Positions 26,659-40,544 of a stretch of 64,000 nt of DNA are shown here, one piece after another. Position 1 is the first letter of the stretch. Every line of letters starts with the position of its first letter. The notes beneath the pieces are model-generated. The model ran no database searches. It was not told the DNA's origin and worked only from the letters and a program-made list of their open reading frames with translations. The stretch covers positions 4,154,001 to 4,218,000 of the forward strand of contig CM120643.1 of the NCBI GenBank assembly GCA_051362555.1. Reading direction: 5' to 3'. Made by a program: the position numbers and the translations under genes. This stretch comes from Lingula anatina (taxonomy: Eukaryota > Animalia > Brachiopoda).

Positions 26659-26973
26659 TAGCCATCAGGAAAAACACTAATACATTTTGTATATTTAATA
26701 AGTTTATTATTTAGAGCAATTCAAATTTATTTTACTGTATTCAATTATTAATAAAACATATATCTATAAAACATCATTGTATTAAGTCTTTTTATTACTT
26801 AAAGTATCTGTGAGAATATTATTGATGTCTGCATTTAAATTCACTCACAGGTGTAAAAAATATAACGTTCTTATCTATTTGATCTGACAAATAAACTGTC
26901 TACCACATTAATGGTCTTATGTTTGATCTTAATGACACAAAAAAATATTTCAAATTCTTCATTAAAAAAAAAA

Positions 26974-27095
26974 CAATGGCGGATCTAGTCTCCGCCCTCC
27001 CCATTCTGGATTCACATGATCAAGTCCTCAAAATACTCCATCTCATCCCAAATGTCAACATATGACCCCTTTAAAATGTCCTGGATCCGCCATTG
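26974..27095. mobile_element. Short MITE with TIR caatggcggatc
   Basis: caatggcggatc...gatccgccattg. Confidence 0.6.
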
Positions 27096-30000
27096 TTTTT
27101 CTGTATATAAGAATGAAAGTTATGAGATATTTATTAAATGTCTGTTTAAAATTGCACGCTTTTTCAGTCGGACACTTATCGTTGTGAAAAAAAAATACGG
27201 ACACGCACTTTCGTTATGTCTGGCAAAAAAAGTGTCAAAAGTACTAAGGTAAAAACACATACAGCGTTTACCTAGCTGTTGACAATATGGACAGAATAAT
27301 AAACACTAGTTTATAAAGGGAATTTGAAATTGAAAATATTCCTTACAAAAACTATTTAAAAAACAAACTTCATCTTCACTTATGAAATCTGGGTTAAAAT
27401 CCAAGTGACAAATCACGATATTTCTCACGTATTGAAACGGGTCTTTTTATTTCCTACATCCATTTTCAATTTGAAAAATCTTGTAACAAATGATTTGCAA
27501 CCTTCTGAACATAAATTGAACCTGTATTTGTTCAAGAGATTAATGGCAAAAATATCAGTTATATTGCCGAGTAAGACGTGTTACATTTGTAAGAACTACA
27601 TTCAGAGATAAATACTAAAACACGAATGGCAATTACATGCACCAAATCAGCTTTTCAAGATGGAAATTTTCCCAAATATAAATTGAAAATTGAAAATTCT
27701 ACATACTTCACTAGTGAAACAAAATCATCAATCTTCGTTCGTAAAATTACATCTCTTACTCAACAAGACAGCAAATTTTCGAATTTCAAGAGACGATATG
27801 CCCTATTTCTCATCTGAACATTAAAAGTAAGACACACAATGAGCGTCACTCTAGATTTCAGTCCATTTGGAGAATGAAGCTGAAGAATACAGTCACGCCG
27901 GTAAAAACAGAAATCAAGAATTAGATACTGGGCTTGTAAAATTTATCAACGGTTTTGATAATGTGTTCCTTATGATTTAAGTGAAATTGCTGGATATTAA
28001 AGAAAATTTTGGGCTTTAAACAGACATAAAATTTCTATATTTTTGCGGACTTAATTAGCATTCGATCTAAACTAGAAAGTCACCCGTTGCTGTCTTGCTG
28101 AAGAATACCACAAACAGTACCATTTTACATGTCACGTGTGACAAACTAGAAACTACGATAGTATAAAACATATTTCAATACAATAAAGCAATTTTTTCTA
28201 ACTGATGACCATGCATTCTGATATATCATTACGTTTTAAATATGTAACATTTAATTCGTAAAAGACCTCAAATTCGTGATGTTTTATTGAAAGAAAGACA
28301 CCTTTGGACAAAGCCTTTCCTAATCCGTTCCAAACAGCATTTCGGGCTATCAGCTCGAAAGGTTGATCTTATAATTTGTCACGCAGAAATCAATATAACT
28401 TCAATTTATCTTACACATTTTAATGAAATGAAATATTAAATATTAATTTATGAAATCTTGCCAATATTCGACATGGAAGTGTATTACTATACCCCCTTAA
28501 TGCTTCAATTATGTTCTTTACTTCGGAAATGGACGTTTGTTGCTATACCTGACATATTCTATAATTCCACTACCAACCGATCACTAAATATCAACATGCC
28601 AATAGCCAGACCTTCACAAGACATTTCACAGCATTTTCCCCTCCTTGGCCATTTCTCACGGTAAACTTCCACTGCCACTACTATTTCTACCGACGAAGGT
28701 CAAAATACTGAACATGAAGTGCAATTTCATCTTCCTTTGTTTTGTGAGACGTGATGAGATGAAGTGAAAAAGGAAATACATGGTACGTGGGGAAAATGTT
28801 GGGAAATGGTCATAAACGCTCTTAAGCAAACGGGTGTCAAAATACATTTCAAAAATAAATCACAATTTACTTAACACCAAATACCTGACATTGATTTCTT
28901 AATACTTTATATTGATATGGCTGAAATTACGATATTCGTATACTTAATATCTAAGCCGCCTTCGCTCCACTTCCTGATCACTCAGCACTGAGGCAGTGAC
29001 GTCTCCTTCCAGGCTGTCCATCCCATTACATTCATGGTAGGGGAGGTGGCAGGCTGAAGTGACCGCCTTTCCTTTTCAACTCTCACCAATATTTTACGGA
29101 TGAAACTTCATTTGTAATTTACAACATTAAAATACATTTGGCGAGTTTGTGTTCAGAATATTTCAAAATATGTCAGACGAAAATTAACTTCAGATCCTTA
29201 TCAACCCCAAATTGAAACGACATTATGTAGGTCACTGGCTTTCTTGATATTACTCAATAAGGTCCACTGATTTGAATATCTGAGCAGTTTTTGCTATGTT
29301 TGACCAAATAGACTTTACGATAGAGACTGCAGTGTTTTGATTCTGATGCTGTCTCAACCATGATTGTGACGGAATCCACAAAATACCACCCCATTGTGTT
29401 AGTGAAGACATAACGCGAGGCGGGGAGGGGGGATAAAAAGTTCAGAAAGAAATTACCTAATAAGCCATTGAAAATGACATTATAATATTTTAGTTTAAAT
29501 TAGATGTCGACGAACCATTCAATAGAGAAAGTTGGATTAAAAGGAAATATGATGAAATAAAACGGCACAAATATTATGGGGGGAGGGTATGATGATGGTA
29601 TAAAAGGTTTGGGAGAGTCGGGGAAATTGAGTTTTGACTGCGTTCGGGTGTTTACTTGTTGTCCTTTAACTTGAACACACCAGGTTATACAAACATTTAC
29701 AACTTTTGTCTCTAAATACCCTGTTCAGATTTATCTTTTCTACTTATGTAACTACCGTATGTTTCAACTCTAGTAATTCACAAAGATGGACTTCTAATTC
29801 AAAGATGACGTCTATTGAGAAAGAGCGCCATTACTAAAAACGAAACACTAGAAAATTAACTGGCAAAGCGTCAACGCTACGAAAGGAACTAAAATTAAAA
29901 TAAGTTCCAGCAAATGTTATGCTGTTGTTATGCTAGAAAATCACCGTGGCGTTATAATTTAGCGCTGATTTACTCTATCAAATTCTTCCTCTGAAATGTT

Positions 30001-30934
30001 GTCCCAATGAATAAAATTGAAGCTTACATACTCGTCTATCATGTCTTGAAATTGAAATTTCAAAAAATTAAAAGAGAAAGAAATTATCGGCATTTTTCAT
30101 TGAAATTAGCGATTTTACACACAACGAACGCGACGCAACGTAATGGCGCGTGAAAAAACGACTTAAAATCCCTACGCCGTGACAGTATGTGTCCTACTGT
30201 CAGTAACAGATGGCACTTAAAAGTGCCGACAGAATTTACGTGAAGTCAAAGTTTGCTATTTTTGAACTACACAAACTGTCGGCGATTATTACATCAAGTA
30301 TGTTTGCCTACTTGCACGAAATATTGCACATTTTCATATATGCACTAGGGCCTATTTGTGCAATTATCCAGAATACATCAGAAAACATAAGACAGAAGTG
30401 CTAATGAATGAGATTTAGCGCTTCTGCCGAACTATCCCCATAGGTAATGGGATAAAAAGAACCGTACAGATTGCGGTTTGAAGGACAGAATGATAAGTTT
30501 TTTAATTAAAAAATGATTTTTTTTTCGAAATGAGATATTTGGGACTTCACAAAGAAATCTCAACAATATTTCAAAAATGTTCCAGTAACATAGAAAGTTG
30601 GGCTAAGGACGTGAGTGTCACCTCTACCTGAGGTGTGCAAAAAGCCGAATACTCGATAAAAGCCACATAACGGAGAACGAAGACTGAAATATCGGAGCGC
30701 ATATATTAACTTGTTTTAATTATTGATAAAAACAGGCTGTTAGTATGACCAATTTGTAAAACAGCCGATTAAATTCTTGAAACATTGAAAGACTTGAATT
30801 GGAATATAATAAAGTTCTTGATTTGCCGGTTTGATTTTTCTATATCATTAAATGTATAGTCAAACTATTTTCTTAGCAAACTGCTAACAACACATTTCTA
30901 ACCGAGGCGTTACTTTCCAAAGTATAAAAAAAAA

Positions 30935-30936
<2 letters not shown>

Positions 30937-30972
<36 letters not shown>
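30937..30972. repeat. (TG)n microsatellite
   Basis: Directly visible. Confidence 0.95.
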
Positions 30973-30974
<2 letters not shown>

Positions 30975-31560
30975 GGGGTGGGAGACCTACATGTAGGTCA
31001 TGCGCGGGAATCTTTCTCTCTGGCAGTTGTCAATGTTGACAGGTATGTAATGGTCCGGGAGAATAGAGGAAGTTGACTTACAACAGTTTTAATGCTACAG
31101 TATTTGACCTCTATCTCAACATGATTGTGACATTGTCCATGAATTTCAGTATATTGTGCTAGTGAAGACAGTGATAAATGATAGAGGGCGCTGATATGAT
31201 CATTTTTCTTATAATTTTTCCGGAGTCTCATGATAATTTTTTAAATACTCGGAACTTTTTGTCCTAAATTCACTTATTTCAAAAGTTTCCAAATGTCATG
31301 AATTTCATTTATATGAGAAAAGAGTACCATGTAACAGTGGTAACCGTACTTGAGGCCCCTGCAGGCGATGTATGTTTTTTTCTCTGGGAATTCACGTGGA
31401 GACGTCCAGGATCGAGAAGCTATCTCTATCTATGAAGCTAATTCCTTGTAAAATTTTACCTATATATAATAACACGCTTTATATTAATGATCATGGGCCT
31501 ATTTGATTAATACTTTCATCAAGCTTTATTATTTTCTTATTATTTTCTTAAAAATTCCAG

Positions 31561-31971
31561 TCCTGGGGGAATCTGTCCAGTGCGGACGGCTCCTACAATT
31601 TCTTTGTAGAATAAAAGAACTCTAACATCTCGTGATTGATAGATATCAATCAAAGCTGTCAAATTTGACAGTTTGAGTAAACATACGTCAATCACATCCA
31701 TACCGCCAAAGAACTTTTATCTCCTGTGATTGATACGTGTCAATCAAAGCTGTCAAATTTGACAGCTTGATTGACGGTTAGTTAACAAACGTCAATCACA
31801 ATCATCCTGCGAAGAAGCTTTTACTTCCTGTGATTGAGAGGTGCCAATCAAAGCTTTTAAAAGTGGAAGGCTTGATTGGCAGTTATATAAACAAACGTTA
31901 ATCACCATACTGGTGATCAAGTATAGCTGTCGAACAATGAAAACGCCGTAGAGAGCGGACTGTCCCCAGGA
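31561..31971. mobile_element. Palindrome-rich MITE with three internal units of about 100 bp
   Basis: Ends tcctgggg...ccccagga. Internal units carry the hairpin caatcaaagctgtcaaatttgacagcttgattg (about 31647, 31741, and a degenerate copy at 31845). Confidence 0.65.
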
Positions 31972-33474
31972 TTATTTAAATAAGTAAATTAAAATATAGG
32001 CAAGACAAGGTAAAATAACTATTCCGGCGTCAGCTAGCTGAGTGATTAAAGGTATACAATATATAAGAAATTAAAGACTTAATGTGTTCATCATATTTTA
32101 GTCACATTCTGTTTATAATAATTGACTTTTGTGAAACTGCAGGTAGGAAATAATTTTCACCCCATTTGCGGCATTTTTCTTTTCATTTTTTTCTTTTCTT
32201 ATCTTTCTTAAATAACTTTTATTTACATACAGCTATCGATATGAAACTTTAACATCAAATAAGACAGTTTGAATACTTTTCCTTCCGTTCTTCCAAAAGA
32301 GAGCTTTACAGGAAAATAACTAAAGCTTATTCATATTCAAATATAAAAAGGAAATCATTATCTTAAAGTGAAAGCCTTATACAGTTCTGACTTTTGACAG
32401 GCATTAGGTACTCTAACTGTATATAGAAAAACTCAAACGTTTACTCAATTTTTCAACTTTCTCGTTTTACTTTAAAATTTAAAAAATCAGTGTCGAAGCA
32501 GTGTATTTGTTTACCGCGCCAACCTCCGGACGTCACTAATGCGTAAATGAATGTAAAGACATGTGCAATAAACAGATATTATTTACGGTTTAGGGTGCCG
32601 TGTTTTAATTAAAAAGTCTCGGTCTTACATTTCTATACTAGCAGGCAGTTTTTTAGTTATGTTAAAAATAAGCCCAAGCTACGCTTCTGGTTGGAGATTG
32701 TCGACAGGAGGACTGTTCAGTTTAGATGTTTAGAAGATTGAGAGCAAAGGAAAGAATTTGAAATCCAAAAGAAATTGCAAGTCTGTTCTGCGCCAGTATA
32801 GCTCTGTAGTCCCACCTTGCTGAGGGACACATTTTACTTTGTAATGGAGATTCTAAAGACTATGCTTCAGCTACATGTACACAGCAACTCTATGGCAAGG
32901 AGTGTGTTGACCCAGATTGAAAGAAAAAAGAAATAAAGCACAGGATAATTACCCACAAGAGGAAAATAGATAAATAATAAATAAATACATGATAATAAAT
33001 TGAGTTCGCTGTAATACATATGTTAAATCCCAGGTCAAAATAGATAATAATTAGAAGTATTAAAAACCACTTTAAAGATAATGTATTGGCCGTTTTTATA
33101 CACACTTTGCTTTTCTGTGACAATATTCAATGGTTTCGTTTGGTGTGTCATTTTAGCTTTGACCTTGTCTGTCATTTTCTTATCTGTATTAACTGAACAT
33201 TTGTGAAATAAACCCAGTGTAGTTGCTTCCAGTAATAAGACACACTCTATATTCGTATTTTAATACAACACAAATTTATGTTCACGTTAAATGTCTTCAT
33301 GTCTACCTTTTTTTAATCATCAGCCTGTGATGCAAACAACGAAATTCAGAGAAAGCAGACGCGTTTATTATGAGTATCTCCATTCTTATGATTTCGGTTT
33401 AGAGATATTCTGTAAGTTATCATTCTTGCATAAGAAAGCACTCTTTCAGTCTGACCTTAAAAGTTTCAAAAACT

Positions 33475-33476
33475 AA

Positions 33477-33515
<39 letters not shown>

Positions 33516-33516
33516 A
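33475..33516. repeat. (TAAA)n microsatellite
   Basis: Directly visible. Confidence 0.95.
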
Positions 33517-35251
33517 ATAAAAGCCATTTCCATTTACATCACACATACCTAACACTGTATTTCTTTATTTCTATATGATAAGGACAGTAGGCTGAGAAAA
33601 TATTTGCAGGGGCGGGTGGGGGGGATAGGAGCTTATTCCCCTCCCCCACCCCGCCCTTACATTTTCAGCCACGTCAGTTCTTAGCGGAGAAGACAATGAT
33701 GGGCCCTGTTCATTTCTTTACCACTTTACATATTCATAAACAAATTCTTGATACATTTCATCGAGGACCGAGACCCCAGTCAGTCGATGGCCAACTTCAA
33801 GTGAGTAATTTTTTCGTTGCCCCCAACCCCTTCTCCTACTCGGCGATTCAATGTTTGCACTGATGTCATAATTGCCTGAAGTTAGGCAGGCGAGACACTT
33901 ACTTGACATGGAATACCGTTTGACGTATTTTACTGATAAGGTTGGACCTAGAGGAGTGGTCAGGAACCCATTACAGAGAACGACTTCTCACTGCCCTTGT
34001 TCATCCCCTAGCTTCAGGTTAAACATACCATATCTCATAACGTTGGTTTATAGTCATGTTATTCAATTGATGTTTTCATTCTTGCAAAATCAGTTGTTTG
34101 TGGACAGAAATTTTGCTATTTTACAGAAAGAGCTTATATTGTTATCATGGTGACGATGTGGTAAGTGTGCTCGTAAATGAAATTAGCTAAAGGATTACGT
34201 GGGCTTCATTGCGGCAGTTGCCCCTCTCCCAAAATCTGGGCTTCATGAATACTTGAAGACAATGCACAAAATGATGATTTAGACTAAAACGAATGACGGG
34301 GAAAAGTCAACAATAAGAAGAAATTTCGGTATCTTTTATTATTACTTTTAGTGTTGGTGTTTTATTGCAGAAAGTACCCTCACCAATCTTTTATTGCTTT
34401 ATTCGTTTTTTTTATCAACGTATTATGATGGGCCCGGCAAAGTTGGAGCATTGATACAAGATCTGTAAAAGAAAAAAACTGAAGAAAATGGCATGAAAAG
34501 TTCTAGAAAAAAGGTGTCTGGCGACACAAGTACGCACTTTACATTTTTCTGTGGGAACAAATCAAATTTTTTTCACGAGGAGGGCGCCGTCATCCATCAA
34601 GAGAAGACCGGGTGAGGATGATACAGCACTATTGGACCTATTCATCTGTTCTGGTTTATCTCTTGCCTGTAGTAAAACGATTTAGTGAAAGCATGGGCAA
34701 AATTACTAATTATGACCAAGGTTAAAGCTCAAGTTAGGATATATAAATTAATTAAAATTAATTAATTAAAATTTCTTTATCCCCATCAATATAACCGTCG
34801 TCTCCAGTATTGATTTTGTTAGCAATGGAATCCGGTAGAATAAAACCGAGACCTCAGTCTAATGTAAAAGTAATGATAAATAAAATTTTATTCTAGTAAA
34901 TAATCTATTTTTGAGATAGTCTGATACATGCATCAATGTTTTCTATTTACTTCGTCTCTGTGTAACAGCAGCACAAGTCTTTAAAGAAGTCCTTAAAGCA
35001 TTGTGTACCCATTGACTGATTTGCAGCTACCTACAGTGTAGTCTACTTGTTGTATACCAGTAGTATTGCGGGGATTTTGTCATTAATGAGCAGATATGAA
35101 GTACAATGGTTGGACCAGCTCAAGATTCAATTCCTTATTATCTGTATAAAAAGTAACACTGTTTCGTAATAAAATAAATATTTTTGGATTGATTAACATT
35201 AACCCGCCCGTCATGTAAACGTATTCGCCGTAGCCCGTAGCCACTTACGAT

Positions 35252-35297
<46 letters not shown>

Positions 35298-36334
35298 GCA
35301 CGAAAAATCGTTTACGATTTCATCGCACAGTACGCTTTTCAAATGTAATCTAGGCATGAGAATTAAAAATGTGTAACCTAATAACAGAAATAAAATAAAA
35401 ATACACTACTCCGGTGGATATGAGTTATAACTTTTTTGGTGTTTTTGATATGATGATTCTGCTGCTGCATCTAGCGTATTTCGATACAAAAAACAGTTAC
35501 GGATGCCTTCAGTGTAGTATAGATATACCGCCTCGTATCAAATCCTGTCGAAAGATACAGCAAAAGTTTTGGAGTGATATATCAATCATATTTGTTTCTT
35601 TTTGCGTTAACTTATTTTTGCGTAGTATTCTACTAGTTTTTTTTTCGAACATTCATAAATTTAATGATTTAAAAATCATGCTTACATTTTTACAGGGCTA
35701 TCACAAAGTACACATAGACAGAAAAACTTATAAAATAAAAGTCATCAAGGGGTGTTTCGTCAAGTCTTACGTGTAGCCGAAATATCGAAAAGACCTTCTT
35801 CCTCTACATGTAGATTACCTGTATCTAGACAAGCACATATACACCTGTATTTAAATAAATAAACATATTCTGTACATCAGCGAGTTTCCTAGACAGAGAA
35901 ATTTAAGTAGAGCAGACAGGTTTATAAAGTATATCTATGTATGGAATATGATATTTGTTTGTTTAATCATAGACAACGTAACAACTTGACTTTGTTTAAA
36001 AAATTAAGTAGGTAAAAAATCCAAATGTTGTGAGAATAATGACTCAAGACTTCACTTGTTGCTTATATTAAACTTTATTTACAACAAACAGGCCTGTTTT
36101 CCGCACTTAAACAGTAAGAGAAGACTAAAAAACACATTTTGACACAATCCAAAAATGTAATTGTCTAATGTAAAATGTAATTTTGACACAAGTCAAGGCG
36201 GTTTTGAGCGTGATTTACATGTGTATCACGAACATAATTAAAAAGTGCGTAGTCGGATAATTATCAATTTATACCAATGTAAGTTGTCTGAAAATTTCCC
36301 CGTGAACCACCACGACAAGTGACCAAGAAGATTT

Positions 36335-37840
36335 GAAACTCTGAAATCTTTTTACTTCTGAATATTTTGACTTTTATGCCTTGTTTTCGCTTAAAACCAA
36401 TAAAACCAATAAAAGCCACTCTTGTCGAATCAGATAAATAGAAATGCAGTCAAAATTTTAATGGAAGCCTTAGACACGCATATCTTTACATATATATCAT
36501 TATTATAACCTAATATCTAAGGCGTGCGATTTTCACCCAAAAGCTGGGACGTATGCAGTGCATCTCTGAGGCGCGTTTACTATCTATGTTTCACTTGTGG
36601 AATGATTGTGTTAGTGCAGAAAATTTCTTTCACACCAGATGACAACTGAAAACTTTAATAAGAATTTTTAAGCATCATTAATTATCATTAAGATCATCAT
36701 CATTACAAATCTCTGATATGAACATCACTTCCGGTCAGTCTTATATTACTTCAAGGAACCTAATTTGCATATAAGAGAAAAAATGCATTATTTCTGATTT
36801 TGGCTTGTTTCCAATTTTTTCATTACTTTCAAAAAGTAATGTCCCCTTAAGCTCACAAATCGGGACACTTTTGAGTCATCTGCACTGATCGTTAATTGTG
36901 TAATTAGAAATAATTTTTTTATATCACAGACGTGTATCACGTTTTCACCCCATGCACAGCCATAAAACTCGTTGATAGCTGCATGGGTATAAAAGTAGGT
37001 CAATTGCCTGTATAAAATTGCCATACGATTATTGATTATTGAGTGTGGACCGTTTTAGGGGGTAGACAGAAGTGGAAAATGTATCAAGATGACAGCAAAA
37101 TATTTTGGTTGCATAGGGTCACTGAAAGGCAGAGTATGTTGCAAACTTTTAATGAAAAGATTAAAACTAGCCCAAATCTCCAGCTTCACCAAGTAGAACT
37201 TTATAGATAGCAAGATCCCTCTTTTTTCCATCTGACTCTCCCTAAATTTTCCGACCGCGTTAACTGTTCAGCTCCCGGGATGCGCGAAGCATCCAGCGTG
37301 GTGGCAGACGCTGAGCTCTGCAGACGACACATTGCATTCACAAGAGGGGGTAAAGGTTTTCTAGGAATTTGCTGTATTTAATTACATCTGACGAATTACG
37401 TGATAAAGGAAAGAAAATGGGATTAATTGAATTTATTTTTACTAAGTGCAGTGAAAGATATTGATATTTCTTCTCAAAGTTGGCAGAATAAAAAAACGCA
37501 AAAAGACACCACCTATCTCCCCTAAGCACCTGTACATGGCCGTGAACTTTTGACCTCACGCTGAGTTTTGAAAGGTGGCATGTTTGTATGGTATCAGTAG
37601 AAAGGGGGCAGGATGGGGAGGGGGAGAATTCTAATGTGATCCATCTTGTTCAGAAGTCTTGATATTTCAATTTTGATTATACTAGAGCTTTATTTTTGTG
37701 TTCACGCACAGTATTAAAAAAGCTAGATTATTCCAACGAAGTCTGTGGCTTTATACATGTTATATTTTTTACAAAAAATCACTTGATTTCAAATGACGAC
37801 CTGAATATTGAGAGTGTTGGCAACGGGGAAGAGCAGTCTG
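36335..37840 (+). repeat. About 1.5-kb dispersed repeat, copy 1 (copy 2 at about 62385-63948)
   Basis: Long collinear matches, e.g. gtggaatgattgtgttagtgcagaaaatttcttt, gcagacgctgagctctgcagacg and gttggcaacggggaagagcagt. Confidence 0.85.
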
Positions 37841-38124
37841 TAAAATGTTTTAAATCCTTTAGTCATTTTGAAAAATGACAACAAAGAAATTGTGTTAGAA
37901 AAAGAACTTGTTGCCGCTATTTACAGTATTTTTTATGATAATACATGTAACATGGCTATAGCAATAGTACAAGTATGGTAAGATAAAGTAAGAATTTATT
38001 CAGCCAATAAAAATATTAAAACATAAATATCGGCATTTGATAAAATAAAACACTGGACAATAAAAAATTATGAACTAGGCCTAAAAGTTTAATTAAAATA
38101 CTGTACATAGAGAGGCCTACTTAA

Positions 38125-38405
38125 AACCATTTACTGCCCTTAAAAGTCAGCAGTCTGCTATTGCTGGGTGAGAATTTAAAAAGAGAACTTCCTGCATGGG
38201 TGGGACCCCCATAAATCGTTTTGTTGTTTTCTCCATTCTGCCTTTCAAGATATCATCCAGTTGGAGGAGATCTCTCCCAATTATTTTACTGGCGGTGTTA
38301 ATAACATCGAGAAGTTTTTTCCACATTCCTCCACTGTAACCACTGTAGCCACCAGATGCTCAAACGTTAAAATACTCTCAATATTATAATTATGTATAAA
38401 AATAA
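38125..38405 (-). mobile_element. Rex1/Babar-like LINE ORF2 3' fragment
   Basis: Minus frames read IESILTF..., KKLLDVINTASKIIGRDLLQLDDI and PTHAGSSLFKFSPSNSRL, the conserved Rex1/Babar C-terminal pattern. Confidence 0.7.
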
Positions 38406-40252
38406 ACTAAAACAGGATCCTTATTTGCAAGTGATCTAACAAAAAAAAAAAGTTTTTTCCTAAAGTAAGTTTACTTTTCATGTGAATTCCTAGGAGTTTG
38501 AACTATATATTTTTTGTATTTAAACATGGACATACTGGAATATAAAATCAAAAGAGAAGTTATCAGTAATTGAGCCGTATGGTAGGGTACATGTGTGTGA
38601 GTATGCGTGTTTATGTATGTATTTGAATAAAGTTAAAAGTTTGTACAATATTTTGATTATTTCTTAAGTTTAATAAATGAAATAAAAAAGAATTTGATAA
38701 AAAATTTGAGATAAACTTCAAAGTTTAAAACTTAAATCAGAAATCAAATGTTGTTGTATTGGAATGAGGTAATTACTATAGTGCTTCATTTATTGTAAAA
38801 AAAAAAAGTCAAGTGCTGGTTTCTTGCATCACATCCCAAATGGCTTTATACAAAAATTGGTTTATTTTGCTTTTTCAAACTTTTTAAATTAAAAGAGTCC
38901 CACTGGGTATTTTGTTAACTGTGAAAGCCACTTTTTATTTCCCTGAGATGCGTGAAATGTCAATATTCCGCGAAGCACCTCATTCCTGTGACTCGCAAAT
39001 GCAGCTTTTTATTCTTTGCCCTTATTGAAACTAAGCCTGGTAATTTGTAATTTTCACGATTTTCAACTAGCATTGTTGGTGAGATATGCATAAAGTTTTG
39101 TTTACTGTGATTTGTAAATTAATGGTTTTATTTCCCGTGAACTGTGAACACCCCTCCCCAATGGTACCCTCAATTAAGAAAAGAAAGAGAAACAAAACTC
39201 ATTTGATTACAAAAATTTAATATTTTATCGTAAAATTAAGAGAATGACATGTGTGTTCAAGCGTTACACAGCAAAAGCATTATTTTTTCAGAAGATAAAG
39301 TATCTCTTTAAGTCTGTCAACATGCATGCAAGTACAGTACCTTGGTGTGTGTGTGTGTGTGTGTGTGTGTGTACATGCACAATCACATGTCATCAATGTA
39401 ATAAATAGATCCCTATTCTATTGACTGGCTTCTACAGAGGTAATGATAGTTCTGCACTGATGACCCTGAAAAATAAAAGATAAAAATATTAAAATATAAA
39501 TCAGTTAAAACGTGTATTCAGTTAGGTGTAAATAGATGTTATCAGTAACTCTACAACCACCAGCTCCTGGCTGCTATCATATAATTACTGCTTTCATGTA
39601 CAGTTTTACCAGCTGTTTGATATAGTTTTCCTCTAAAAAAACTGAAAGCTTACTTAGTTATGATACTATCAAAACAAAGAGACAAACAAGGCAGCAAAGC
39701 TGTCAAATGTACAGACAAAAAACAGAAAATAAAGATGCAAAATAGGTCATTTTGTCAATTTTGATGCAATAATAAATAATGCTTATAATAGCACTGTCAG
39801 TCAACACTGAATTTTAATCATGCACAACAGGTAAAATGGTCAATAACATGAGCGGACCCAGAGATATTTTCTGACAGTATTCCAAAGTATCTATTTTGAT
39901 CCATCCTCCATTTTGATGGTCTTCCAACAGAAGAAAAAATAGATACCAGGCAATATAAACTTAATAACCTGACTGTCTTCCGGAAGTCCCAGAAGATGGT
40001 CTCAATCTACCCTTTCAATAAGATTACAGTTTCAGGACCATGAGAGTTCAAATTCACATGATGTAAGTCTCAATATTTGAAAAATGATGACAGTGCATAA
40101 AATAATATTACATAAGTAACATAATGTTTAAAGACATAAAAAACAATACAACTGCTTATGTGGAAAAACAGAAATGTCAGAGTCTCAGGCGAATGAGAGT
40201 TTAAAGTCACAAATGCAAGTGTTTGAGAAAAAATTATAAAGGAAAACAACAA

Positions 40253-40438
40253 AACTAGAAAAGCACTCCGAGAGTGCAGACCTCTGCCAAGGTAGCAATT
40301 GTTGATTATTATTGATTTTTGTCCTCTTTGGCCCACTTCTGACAGTTCCTGAAAATTTCAGCAAAATCGGTCCATAACTTTTTGAGTTATGTTGATGACA
40401 AACAGGGGTGAAAATATAACCTCCTTGGCAGAGGTAAA
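40253..40438 (+). mobile_element. Short HINE-type element of a second family (AACTAGAA...ACCTCCTTGGCAGAGGTAA)
   Basis: Subterminal acctctgccaagg and its 3' complement ccttggcagaggt. A reverse copy lies at about 61235-61487. Confidence 0.7.
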
Positions 40439-40483
40439 TATAATTCCAATGAAGCTGCTATTCAAACTTTTAATCTTTCAGTT

Positions 40484-40486
<3 letters not shown>

Positions 40487-40540
<54 letters not shown>
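40487..40540. repeat. (TA)n microsatellite
   Basis: Directly visible. Confidence 0.95.

Positions 40541-40544
<4 letters not shown>

Noticed and set aside
33718-34040. Minus-strand semi-open frame with splice-like signals
   Set aside because: In-frame stop, no recognisable domain and no partner exons found.
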